A DNA stretch of 64,000 bases from Macrostomum lignano (taxonomy: Eukaryota), in NCBI GenBank assembly GCA_002269645.1, contig NIVC01002369.1:1-64000 (forward strand). The letters run 5' to 3'. How positions within the stretch are numbered: position 1 is the stretch's first letter; each line of letters begins with the position of its first letter. The position numbers and the translations under genes were made by a program. Below the pieces are notes generated by a model. It searched no databases. It was not told the origin of the DNA and was given only the letters and a program-made list of their open reading frames with translations. Shown in pieces: positions 21,586 through 46,344 of this stretch.

Positions 21586-22237
21586 CGGCAGACTGTCGCT
21601 CCAGGCTGATCTGGTCCCGTCGGAATGCCAGGTCTTTGGTGTCCAGCGAGATCAGGCTGACAGACCGGTAGCTGCTCAGGAGCTGGTTCGTCTTGCGACA
21701 GTTATTCTTCTGGAGCGCCGGCGCATCGGGTGGGCACACGGTCTGCACCACCCAGATTGACGCACCGGGGAAAGCCTTCCTGATGTTGGTCAGGCTCATC
21801 TTCCAGAGCTTGGCGATGGAGAAGTCGAAGCTCTCACGGTGGAGGTCGTTGTTGCCGGCCCAGACGATGACGCGGCCCGTGTCGGGACTCGCATTCTCCA
21901 CCTTGCTGATGTTCTTCAGGTAGTCCAGCGTGAGGCCCGGGAAGCAGTGCACCTCCAGGTCTGGCGAGGCCAGCTTCACGAATTCCACGTTCTGGTCAGC
22001 GATCACCAGGGTGGGCTTCTGCTTTGACCTCAGCTTCCAGTGCTTCTTGGCTTTGTGGTGGTAGATGACTTTGTTCTCCCGTAAGCTTCTGGCAGTCTTC
22101 AACGGCTGCATGAGGCTACCGGGATCAGGAGAACCAGATGGGGGTCTCTTCCTGGTGGCCACCGGGGTTCCGGAGTCAGCGGCATCTTCACTTGTCCGGG
22201 CGGTGACAGTCTCTGGGACACCAGTAGACGTAGTCAT
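21533..22237 (-). CDS. PLE upstream ORF with a degenerate SGNH/GDSL-hydrolase-like domain
   Basis: First in-frame ATG at 22237; the frame stays open to 22537 but reads through a GA tract. Motifs LVIADQN (block I), HCFPG (block II), VIVWAGNND (block III) and DQISL (block V position) have SGNH spacing. Ends CCA AAA AAC TGA, overlapping the RT frame. Confidence 0.7.
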   Translation of the reverse strand: MTTSTGVPETVTARTSEDAADSGTPVATRKRPPSGSPDPGSLMQPLKTARSLRENKVIYHHKAKKHWKLRSKQKPTLVIADQNVEFVKLASPDLEVHCFPGLTLDYLKNISKVENASPDTGRVIVWAGNNDLHRESFDFSIAKLWKMSLTNIRKAFPGASIWVVQTVCPPDAPALQKNNCRKTNQLLSSYRSVSLISLDTKDLAFRRDQISLERQSADGAFAVALETAGDLPKN

Positions 22238-22409
22238 GGGGAGGGACACCTCCCTGTTTGTCGGAGTCTCAATTGAGGCACAGTTCCGTGTGGATGGCGC
22301 CGTAGAGTTCTCTTCTCGAGCTGACGATGATGACGAGGCCGGCGGCGCGGTCGCCGAAGAGGCCGCCAATGAACCCGCCGGCGCGGTCGCCCTCTTCCCT
22401 CGGAGAGAG

Positions 22410-22500
22410 GAAAAGAGGGGGGAGAGGGAGAGAGGGAGAGAGGGAGAGAGGGGAAGAGAGAGAGGGAGAGAGGGAGAGAGGGGGAGAAGGGGAGGGGATG
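22410..22500. repeat. GA-rich tract at the 5' side of the PLE
   Basis: GGGAGAGAG units as at 18280-18757. Confidence 0.9.
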
Positions 22501-23022
22501 AAGCGGTGAGCGGGCCAGCGCAGAGACGGGCAGACAAGCACTAGTTAGGTTCAGATTGAACCGACCAAAGACAGGGGAAAATTTAAAGAAGATGGAACAG
22601 AACAGAGTAAATAACGGAGGGGGCACAGAGCTGGCCAAGCTGCATGGGAGCGGGTGAGAGCCGTTTAGAACAGCTTCAGAGATTATTGTTGAACGGCGAC
22701 TGTTGAACGCAGCTCCTTATCACGCAAAGCCCATTACAAAAACAATTGCGCCCCTGGCATTGTAAAAGCCAGAATTGATTTGCCGACTGAGAGAGCATCA
22801 TCATAAAACTGCTGCAGGCAAATTATAAAAATGCGGCCCAGTCTGCGGAGAAGCCGACATACTCTGAAGTTTCTCTCACGGTGGGGGACTGCGAGTGCGA
22901 AGGCCCGACGCCATTGGCTGGAAGCTCTCAGCCAATGAGAATCGAGCAGTAGACTAGCATCGTAAATAGTGATGTCCTGACGTTCCGACATGAAGCAGAG
23001 CTTCAAGCAGGCCTCTAAAAGA

Positions 23023-23744
23023 TATTATACTAGTTTTAGACTTTAGATCTCGGCTACTGCATATAAGTTTTACCACACGCATGATGAATGCCCGTGTTTT
23101 TGTCTAAATAATTTTGCTGCTAGCTTAGGTAAGTATTACATTAGGTAAGTATACATTTAATCGTCTGTATATTTTTTCACTAATGCGAGATTAAAAGTGA
23201 ACTTTTCTTTGAGCTTGGCAAACATTAATAATTGATTAAGTCCACGCTCGGGATTAGGGGTATTTGCGTAAGAAAATCTGCTCTCCCGCACTTCCCCCTG
23301 CCCACCAACAGAATCGACAGGATCTGGGATATTAAATTTGCACGAGCCCAGCCTCCAGTCAGCTTCATCAGAGGGGGGGGGTGAGTCAATAGGTTTATTG
23401 CTGCAAAAATGTGTTGAGGAATTTCTCTGATGAGCTGGCTTGTTCCTCAGAAATATTCGATTAAATATGAATTCTTTTCTCCCTTTCTCTCGCCCTCTCC
23501 CTCTCTCACGTCTGCACTCTCCCCTGTCTACTCTCTCCCTTCTCACCTTTCTCCATGTCCCTCTTCTACCCATTTTCTTCCATCTTTTTCAGGCACTTCT
23601 TCCTGTCAATCTACGTACACACGTGCGTTTTTATAAACTTGTTATAACACTAATTTCTGAAAGCAGCACTTCTGTCGCATCTGTTAGAGAAATAGGATTG
23701 TTCATGAGGGGAATTGCAGAAAAAACGAAACAGTCAGCCCTCCA
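23023..23744. repeat. Direct repeat copy 1 (~720 bp), near-identical to 27214-27919
   Basis: Shared from TATTATACTAG to CAGCCCTCCA. I see 3 substitutions and a 16-nt duplication (TTAGGTAAGTATTACA) unique to this copy. Confidence 0.93.
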
Positions 23745-26545
23745 TGTCATGTCAAAAATTAAAGAGCCACCATGTCGAACATAAAAGAGCCACCATGTCA
23801 AACATTAAAGAGCCACCATGTCAGACATTAAAGAGCCACTATGTCAAACATAAAATAGCCACTATGTCAAACATTAAACAGCCACCATATCGAACACTAA
23901 AGAGCCACCATGTCAAACATATATGTGACTCCATGTCAAATATATACGTGACTCCATGTCACACATAAAAGAGCCACCATGTAAAACATATACACATGAC
24001 TACATAACAAACATTAAACAGCCATCATGTCGAACATTAAAGAGCCATCATGTCAAAAATTAAAGAGCCACCATGTCAAACATTAAAGACCCACCATGTC
24101 AAACATAAAAGAGCCACCATGAAAAGCATATACGTGACTCCATGCCAAATATATACGTGACTCCATGTCAAACACAGACGTGACTCCATGTGAAACACTA
24201 GAGAGCCACCATGTCAAACATTAAAGAGCCACGATGTCAAACATTTAAGAGCACCATGTTAAACATAAAGGAGCCACCATGTCGAACATTAAAGAGCCAC
24301 CATTTCAAACATTAAAGAGCCATCATTACATTAAGGTGCCACCAGGTCAAACATTAAAGAGCCACCATGTCAAACATTAAAGAGCCACCATGTCGAACAT
24401 TAAAGAGCCATCATGTCAAACATAAAAGAGCCACTATGTCAAACAATAAAGGGACACCATGTCAGACATTAAAAAAAACCCGAATCAAACATAAGAGAGC
24501 CACCATGTAGAACATTAAGGAGCCACCATGTCAAACATAGAAGAGCCACCATGTCAAACATAAAACAGCCACCATGTCAAACATAAAAGAGCCACCATGT
24601 CAAACATAAAAGAGCCATCATGTCAAACATATATGTGACTCCATGTCAAATATATACGTGACTCCATGTCACACATAAAAGAGCCACCATGTAAAACATA
24701 TACACATGACTACATAACAAACATTAAACAGCCATCATGTCGAACATTAAAGAGCCATCATGTCAAAAATTAAAGAGCCACCATGTCAAACATTAAAGAC
24801 CCACCATGTCAAACATAAAAGAGCCACCATGAAAAGCATATACGTGACTCCATGCCAAATATATACGTGACTCCATGTCAAACACAGACGTGACTCCATG
24901 TGAAACACTAGAGAGCCACCATGTCAAACATTAAAGAGCCACGATGTCAAACATTTAAGAGCACCATGTTAAACATAAAGGAGCCACCATGTCGAACATT
25001 AAAGAGCCACCATTTCAAACATTAAAGAGCCATCATTACATTAAGGTGCCACCAGGTCAAACATTAAAGAGCCACCATGTCAAACATTAAAGAGCCACCA
25101 TGTCGAACATTAAAGAGCCATCATGTCAAACATAAAAGAGCCACTATGTCAAACAATAAAGGGACACCATGTCAGACATTAAAAAAAACCCGAATCAAAC
25201 ATAAGAGAGCCACCATGTAGAACATTAAAGAGCCACCATGTCAAACATAGAAGAGCCACCATGTCAAACATAAAACAGCCACCATGTCAAACATAAAAGA
25301 GCCACCATGTCAAATATAAAAGAGCCATCATGTCAAACATAAAGGAGCCACCATGTCAATCAAAAAAGAGCCACCATGTCAAACTTAAAACAGCCACCAT
25401 GTCAAACATAAAGGAGCCACCATGTCAAACATTAAAGAGCCGCAATGTCAAACATTGAAGAGCCATCATGTCAAACATTGAAGAGCCACCATGTCAAACA
25501 TTAAAGAGCCACCATGTCGAACATTAAAGAGCCACCATGTCCAACATATATGTGACTCCATGTCAAACATTATAGAGCCAGCATGTCAAACATTAAAGTG
25601 CTACCATGTCAAACATAGAAGAGCCACCATGTCGAACAATAACGAGTCACCATGTCAAGTATATTCGTGACTCCATGTCAAACATAAAAGAGCTACCATG
25701 AAGAACATTAAAGAGCCACCACGTAAAACATTAAAGAGCCACCATGTCAAACATAAAAGAGCCATCATGTCAAACATAAAGGAGCCACCATGTCAATCAA
25801 AAAAGAGCCACCATGTCAAACATAAAGGAGCCACCATGTCAAACATTAAAGAGCCGCAATGTCAAACATTAAAGAGCCATCATGTCGAACAATAAAGAGC
25901 CACCATGTCTAACATTAAAGAGCCACCATGTCGAACATTAAAGAGCCACCATGTCTAACATTAAAAAGCCACCTTTTTGAACATAAAAGAGCAACCAATG
26001 TCGAACATTAAAGAACCACTATGTCCAACATAAAAGAGCCACCATGTCAAACATAAAAGAGCCATCATGTCAAACATTAAAGAGCCACCATTTCGAACAT
26101 TAAAGAGCCACCATGTCAAACAGTAAAGAGCCACCATGTCAAGCAAAAAAGAGCCACCATGTCCAACATAAAAGAGCCACCATGTCAAACATTAAAAGAG
26201 CCGCAATGTCAAACATTAAAGAGCCATCATGTCTAACATTAAAGAGCCACCATGTCGAACATTAAAGAGCCACCATGTCTAACATAAAGAGCCACCATTT
26301 CAAACATAAAAGAGCCACCATGTCAAAAATTAAAGAGCCATAATGTCAAACAGTAAAACGCCACCATGTCAAACAATAAAGAGACACCATGTCAGACATT
26401 AAAAAAACCCTGAATCAAACATAAGAGAGCCACCATGTAGAACATAAAAGAGCCACCATGTCAAACATTAAAGAGCCACCATGTCAAACATTAAAAAGCC
26501 ACCATGTCAAACATTAAAGAGCCACCATGTCAAACATAAAATTTA
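23745..26545. repeat. 23-bp satellite (AAAGAGCCACCATGTCAAACATT)n, ~2.8 kb, with a 710-bp higher-order duplication
   Basis: Tandem units throughout; the block starting at 23911 is repeated starting at 24621. Confidence 0.96.
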
Positions 26546-26639
26546 CACAATTTCAAACGTAAAAGTAAGCGTCATGCCAATTTTAAAGGAGCCACTATAG
26601 AGCTAAGGAAATTGTAGCACTAGCTACTTTACTTATTGT

Positions 26640-27050
26640 ATGGTGGATGCTTACTATTTGGGGTGCTTGCTATCTGGGGGATGCTTGCGATCTGGGGATG
26701 CTTGCGATCTGGGGGATGCTTGCTATCTGGGGGATGCTTACTATCTGGGGTCTGGGGGAATGCTTGCTATCTGGGGTCTGGGGAATGCTTACTATCTGGG
26801 GTCTGGGGGATGCTTGCTATCTGGGGTTGCTTGCTATCGGGGGGATGCTTGCGATCTGGGGGATGCTTGCGATCTGGGGGATGCTTGCTATCTGGGGGAT
26901 GCTTACTATCTGGGGTCTGGGGGAATGCTTGCTATCTGGGGTCTGGGGGAATGCTTACTATCTGGGGTCTGGGGGATGCTTGCTATCTGGGGTTGCTTGC
27001 TATCGGGGGGATGCTTGCTACCTGGGGGATGCTTGCTATTTTGGGATCGA
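26640..27050. repeat. 18-bp minisatellite (GGGGGATGCTTGCTATCT)n with variants
   Basis: Tandem units; source of the repetitive ORFs at 26636-27178. Confidence 0.92.
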
Positions 27051-27213
27051 TGCTTGAATGCTGTCTGAGGATGCTTGCTGTCTTGGGATGTTTTGTTTTT
27101 AGAGGGAATGTCTGTTGTTGTTTTTTGAAGGCTTTAGTTCGCTGTCTATTTGTTATTTGTAAAGAACAAGGATTCTAACCAGATGTCCCCCATCGGGGGG
27201 CGAAGATTGCTAG

Positions 27214-27919
27214 TATTATACTAGTTTTAGACTTTAGATCTCGGCTACTGCATATAAGTTTTACCACACGCATGATGAATGCCCGTGTTTTTGTCTAAAT
27301 AATTTTGCTGCTAGCTTAGGTAAGTATACATTTAATCGTCTGTATATTTTTTCACTAATGCGAGATTAAAAGTGAACTTTTCTTTGAGCTTGGCAAACAA
27401 TAATAATTGATTAAGTCCACGCTCGGGATTAGGGGTATTTGCGTAAGAAAATCTGCTCTCCCGCACTTCCCCCTGTCCACCAACAGAATCGACAGGATCT
27501 GGGATATTAAATTTGCACGAGCCCAGCCTCCAGTCAGCTTCATCAGAGGGGGGGGGTGAGTCAATAGATTTATTGCTGCAAAAATGTGTTGAGGAATTTC
27601 TCTGATGAGCTGGCTTGTTCCTCAGAAATATTCGATTAAATATGAATTCTTTTCTCCCTTTCTCTCGCCCTCTCCCTCTCTCACGTCTGCACTCTCCCCT
27701 GTCTACTCTCTCCCTTCTCACCTTTCTCCATGTCCCTCTTCTACCCATTTTCTTCCATCTTTTTCAGGCACTTCTTCCTGTCAATCTACGTACACACGTG
27801 CGTTTTTATAAACTTGTTATAACACTAATTTCTGAAAGCAGCACTTCTGTCGCATCTGTTAGAGAAATAGGATTGTTCATGAGGGGAATTGCAGAAAAAA
27901 CGAAACAGTCAGCCCTCCA
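27214..27919. repeat. Direct repeat copy 2 (~706 bp)
   Basis: Matches 23023-23744; continues into unique sequence upstream of the protocadherin. Confidence 0.93.
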
Positions 27920-29297
27920 GACGCACTGAATTGTGCGAAAATAAGACTTGGGGCTTGAGCCTGACACAGTTCTTGCTAAAATTGACAAATTCTGGTTAAA
28001 AAAATTTACCGTTGGACTGTTGGAAAAATGAGGAAGAGAATGATGGAGCAGATGCAGGACTGGAGCCCGGACCTGCCCGCATCGCACACGGGCTGAAAGC
28101 TGAACTCAGCCTGGTAGGAGGACGGTGTAACACGGGGAATAGAAAAAAAGAAGAGGGGAGAAAGAGGGGTCCGCAAGTTGTCAATCTTTTTAGTGGGATT
28201 GAAAAAAATTGCTCAGTGAGGAGTGGGGATCAGCTTGAGCTAAAGTGGTCGGGGGGAGGCCGCGGGCACAGCGCAGATGCAGTAATATTGTTCAGCATTT
28301 CCTGCCCGACCGACTCCGCCCTCGCCACCACTCAGCTTCCAAATCTTCGCTCCTTCTATTTTGCTTTTGCTAGCGACCTGGAGAGAGTGGATCGCTTTAG
28401 CTAGAGAGATGGGCTTTTGAAGTTGCTAATCGCATGGGCTTTGAGCAAGCTAACCATGCCTATGCTTTTTTGATTAATAAAAGCTATAATGATGGCTGGA
28501 GTGAGCAAAAACGAGCTGTCTCCTGGGTCCGCTGCCGTCTCGACTTTCGCAACGTCGCAAAGGTTCTTTCTTGTACACGCTGCATCTAATAATGACCAAG
28601 TTCCATTGTTTGTGTTCCCCTAATGTCTTGTGTCTTTGGCGAGCATTTACCCGATTAAAGATAAATATGAAATTATTGCACCGTTGAGCAAATACTGCAC
28701 AATCAGAAACCGCAGGTAAATTGTGCTCCAAACTCACGAAAATCATAAGAGCAAGTGACTTGCAGCAATTGGCAGTGATCACTTATAGTGTCTCTCTCGT
28801 GCTTCTCCGCTCGTCTGTGTACACAAATGCAGGTCTAGCCTGAGCAGGGTTTGAGCAGTTTTAGAGACACCCGCCGTTGCCGGACTCTGAAGGTGTCTGT
28901 CAGTTGGTTGAGTTTTATCTCGGAGTGTTTGTGTTTCTGTCTTGGCCCGGCATGGCTGCTAAATGGGGTGACTCTGGCTGCTCGCGCGAGATCAGCTGAG
29001 CAAACAGGTTGGGAGAAAACTCTGACCAAGTCGCTCCTAAAACCAGTTTTGAAATGAACTTCGTGTGGCATAGGCGCGAATGTTTAACTGGTTGGTTAAC
29101 TTACCGAAAGTCAAGGCGACAGGCAACTATGCATGTTTGTACCAAGAACTACTTTACTACTTAATGATCGAGAGAGTCGAGCTTCGATACTTTTGTCATG
29201 AGCCGATTTCAGAAGGTTTTCTACCTCAAATTTCACCCTCTCGAACGCGCCCCAACAATCGCAGGTAATTTTCTGCCAAATTCAACCGAGCCAAACA

Positions 29298-41952
<12,655 letters not shown>

Positions 41953-42664
41953 CAAGCGAACGCATCCCTGAGTTCGACTCTCTTGAGGTTAAAAATATCA
42001 TTTGTTTTAATTCAGCACCCAGTCTGTTATGCAAACCACCCGCACCCAGTAAGTTTGTATATGTTCGATAAAGCTAATTTTCAATTCTCTATGTAGGCCA
42101 AAACAGCCAATTGTATGCGTATTTTCTTTCTTTGTAATTACCAGCTGACACACACCACAATAAATCATATACGAGGCTTAATGCTTTTCCTAAAAAAGGT
42201 GTGACTAAACCCGACAGTTCAAGGATTAGCGCCAAAAAATATGAAATCGAAAGTGAGCAGGGAGTCCTTGGGGGGGAGTCGTGCCTACCTTATTCTAAAC
42301 CTAGGATTGACTCACTGCCAAGCCCTTTTTTGCATTTGTAGCAATTTCTGGGATTTACACGGACTTACGAGTAATAAGCTCTAATCCCCTTTGTGTCCTG
42401 TGCTGGACAAACTATTTCGATTGACATGCTGGCTAGATTAAGCGGCTTTATTCAAAATACGTATTTATGGTTTTTTAAGCAATGCTTCTTTGAGCAATAG
42501 CTAGGCTAAGTTTCTGTCTCGGGATTCTCTTTATTTCGCAAATATAATCCTCCCTTATCAATCTTCCCTATGTCTGCCAGTGAAATGTCACTTGTTAGAG
42601 TTGCAGTATGGAGCTGGACAGCTTCCGCCCGTGTCTTTGCGACAGACTAATCCTGCCTCAAGAT

Positions 42665-43202
42665 GCCTCAAGTGGAGGCAGCGGCTTCTCACTGTGAAGA
42701 AGGACCTCAGGTGGAGGCAGCGGCTTCTCACTGTGAAGAAGGACCTCAGGTAGAGGCAGCGGCTTCTCACTGTGAAGAAGGACCTCAGGTGGAGGCAGCG
42801 GCTTCTCACTGTGAAGAAGGACCTCAGGTAGAGGCAGCGGCTTCTCACTGTGAAGAAGGACCTCAGGTAGAGGCAGCGGCTTCTCACTGTGAAGAAGGAC
42901 CTCAGGTAGAGGCAGCGGCTTCTCACTGTGAAGAAGGACCTCAGGTAGAGGCAGCGGCTTCTCACTGTGAAGAAGGACCTCAGGTAGAGGCAGCGGCTTC
43001 TCACTGTGAAGAAGGACCTCAGGTAGAGGCAGCGGCTTCTCACTGTGAAGAAGGACCTCAGGTAGAGGCAGCGGCTTCTCACTGTGAAGAAGGACCTCAG
43101 GTAGAGGCAGCGGCTTCTCACTGTGAAGAAGGACCTCAGGTAGAGGCAGCGGCTTCTCACTGTGAAGAAGGACCTCAGGTAGAGGCAGCGGCTTCTCACT
43201 GC
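42665..43202. repeat. 39-bp minisatellite (GAGGCAGCGGCTTCTCACTGTGAAGAAGGACCTCAGGTR)n, ~14 near-perfect copies
   Basis: Units differ essentially at one G/A position. Confidence 0.97.
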
Positions 43203-43789
43203 ACTTTATTCACAACTCAATCCAAACATCGCAGTTCAAACGCAGGTGGAGACACAGCAATATTTAGCGATGTCGTGTGCACGCAAAAAATTAACGAAGG
43301 GTCAAAGCAAGTCAACAGCCAGTCATTTTTGGGCCATAAATTCTGCTTCCAGACCCTCCGCCTCTCTCTGAAGGGAAAGCAGGCGACCATCAACCAGTCG
43401 CCACTCTCATCCTCCTTGTTTCCACGATAAACTCGACCACTACCGGTGGTAAAAAAGATGCCTTCCCCCTTCCTGCCCTCGCCTGCCCTCGCTAATGGGA
43501 TAAAGAGGGCAAAAAGAGGGGAGGAGATTTCCAAGAAAGAAAAAAGCCATCAAAACAGGCCTTCCTTCCCATTTAAGCTGAAAGCGGCTTTGTCTGCACT
43601 GCCCGCGTCCCCTCAGCGCGAATCTCAGACCGCTTCCTGGGCGCCGTTCCGGTCTGGCTTGTTAATTGTTCATCTTCTCTCCGCTTGACAACTGATGCGG
43701 GGAGAGGCTCCAGCTTCTCCCGATTTGTTTCGGTGCATCGGTGCGCAGTTCCTCAACTGCTCACAATAGCCTCTGCTCGAGCGCTAATT

Positions 43790-43894
43790 GATTTGTCTGT
43801 CTGCCTGTCTGTCTTGTCTTAGACAGACAGGCAGACAGACACTATCTGTATTAGGTTCTGTCTGTCTTAGTGTCTGTCTTAGTGTCTGTCTTAG

Positions 43895-43943
<49 letters not shown>

Positions 43944-43960
43944 TAGTGTCTGTCTGTCTG

Positions 43961-44025
<65 letters not shown>

Positions 44026-44072
44026 TAGTGTCTGTCTTAGTGTCTGTCTGTCTGTCTGTCTGTCTGTCTTAG

Positions 44073-44133
<61 letters not shown>

Positions 44134-44192
44134 TAGTGTCTGTCTTAGTGTCTGTCTTAGTGTCTGTCTGTCTGTCTGTCTGTCTGCCTGCC

Positions 44193-44245
<53 letters not shown>

Positions 44246-44304
44246 TAGTGTCTGTCTTAGTGTCTGTCTTAGTGTCTGTCTGTCTGTCTGTCTGTCTGTC
44301 TTAG

Positions 44305-44337
<33 letters not shown>

Positions 44338-44364
44338 TAGTGTCTGTCTTAGTGTCTGTCTTAG

Positions 44365-44409
<45 letters not shown>

Positions 44410-44448
44410 TAGTGTCTGTCTTAGTGTCTGTCTGTCTGTCTGCCTGCC

Positions 44449-44509
<61 letters not shown>

Positions 44510-44520
44510 TAGTGTCTTAG

Positions 44521-44551
<31 letters not shown>

Positions 44552-44617
44552 GTGTCTGTCTGTCTGTGTGTCTGTCTATCTGTCTGTCTGTCTGCCTGTC
44601 CGTCTGTCTGTCTGTCC

Positions 44618-44663
<46 letters not shown>

Positions 44664-44685
44664 CTATTTGTCTGTCTGTCTGCCT

Positions 44686-44719
<34 letters not shown>

Positions 44720-44785
44720 CTATTTGTCTGTCTGTCTGCCTGTCTGTCTGTCTGCCTGTCTGTCTATTTGTCTGTCTGTCTGTTA
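43790..44785. repeat. (TCTG)n microsatellite interspersed with TCTTAGTG
   Basis: Visible run. Confidence 0.97.
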
Positions 44786-46344
44786 TCGTCTCTGCTGCCA
44801 CATGCAAACATGTCCAAATTGCATGCTCTGACAGCTTAAGAGGCAAAGCTCGCATGGACGACACGACCGAGGAGTCCCCATCATAAAACGATCCCATGGC
44901 CGGTGTTTTGCATCGTAAAAAAAAGCTGCCTAGCAATAAGCAGCCCCAGCCCGTGAGTGAGCAGGTCTCCCAGCACGCGATCTCTCTCTCTCTCTCTCTC
45001 GCACAGTCTAAAAGAGCGACTCAACTGTCCCGACAACAAAACAGTCGGGCACTCAGCACCGCCATCCCGGACTCATTCACAGATCTGGAGAAGTTTAGAA
45101 AGCGGAGAAAGCTTTAAAAAACCTGAAACTGAGTTTGAGTTCAGCAACTTCCACTCCCCCCCCCCATCCCGTTGTCGTCGCGGTTTCTTTAACAAGCACT
45201 CCCGCCTCCAGTTTGGGTGCGGTGCAGAAAAGTATAGGGACCAAAAGAACTTGATTTTTTCTTCCATAAAAAGCGATTTCTGCTGGGCAAGGAGTGTGGC
45301 GCCTGCAGTGGCTCAATGCGAGTTTGCGTGACTCGGCCACCGCCCACCTCACCGCTGCTGCTTAACCCCAGTCATTGCGGAGGGCGTCAAGTATTCAGTC
45401 AGTTTTTTGAACTGCAAATCTTTAAAGCCATTAGGTGCAGTAGTGAGGGGGGGGCTGTCGCACGCAGGTACTGCTTACTGGTTCGTATTCATGAATTTTA
45501 TATACCTCACATGTTTGATAGGAAATGCGTAGTTGAATTGTGATTTCATTGTAAAATAGTTGAATAAATCAATTCTGATATTCTCTGTTCAAGAAACTTT
45601 CTGTTATTTATAGTTCTCTCATCTTTCATCCCCTCTCCTTTCCCCTCCCGCTTCTTTTCCCTGCCACTATCTCCCCTCTTCTTCCCCTCCATTCTCCCAT
45701 CTTCTCTCCTCTCCTCTCCTCTCCTCTCCATTCTTCTCTCTTCTCATCTCACCCCTTCCTTTCCCAGCTTATAGCCACTTTCCTCTCTCCCCTCTCTCAC
45801 ATGCCTCTATATCCTCTTCTCTCTTCCCACGGAGATTTCTACTCAGTAACTAAATTAAAAAGGCACACTCGAGCCATGTACATCAAGCACATCGAGCGAC
45901 ACAGGGAATCCTCCCAACCTGATGCATCATATAGGAGAGAGCTGAAAAGTGACTAAGACAGAGATGTTACTCCGATGCGAGCCATTAAACAAATATGCTC
46001 CCGGGCTGCTTGCGTACGAAAGTGGGCAAAAGAGCGAGACAGGCCGAGAGCCCCGTGGCTCAATGAAGCGTTGGAAAGCCAGCCTAGATAAGGCACTGGA
46101 GTGGGGGAGGCTGAGGCAGCGCCTCATCATAAGTCTTCGGATTCTCCGATAACCTGGCTTAGTATTAGTACAAGGAGATCTTGACGAGAGCCTGGAGTGC
46201 CAACTCTACCCCCTCAATTTTAGATACAATATTTATTACACAGCAGATTCACTGTGCCTGATTAAAAAAATTGAATTGCTAAATTCTAAGAATCACATGA
46301 TCAATTCAACTTTTGAGAACGGAGAAGTTATTTTTATTTGAACT

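Larger units (their letters stand above)
18750..22410 (-). mobile_element. Penelope-like retroelement (EN+, Neptune-like Cys linker), two-ORF organisation, 3' hammerhead ribozyme
   Basis: Contains the SGNH-like ORF, RT-GIY-YIG ORF and hammerhead listed separately. Boundaries are inferred from the flanking GA tracts. No second (5') copy of the hammerhead/pseudo-LTR was found. Confidence 0.88.

Noticed and set aside
23420-23465. CTGATGA...GAAA hammerhead-like string in both direct repeats (also ~27595-27640)
   Set aside because: Stem II does not close next to the core and there is no convincing stem I.
26636-27178. Gly/Cys/Leu-rich ORFs in three frames
   Set aside because: Produced by the 18-bp minisatellite.
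23023-27919. LTR retrotransposon defined by the two ~710-bp direct repeats
   Set aside because: No TG...CA termini, PBS, polypurine tract, target-site duplication or coding remnant.
42665-43202. CRISPR-like regular array
   Set aside because: Units are contiguous with no unique spacers, there are no cas genes, and the context is eukaryotic. The same applies to the other minisatellites.
43946-44886. SVCL-repeat ORFs
   Set aside because: Translations of the (TCTG)n microsatellite.
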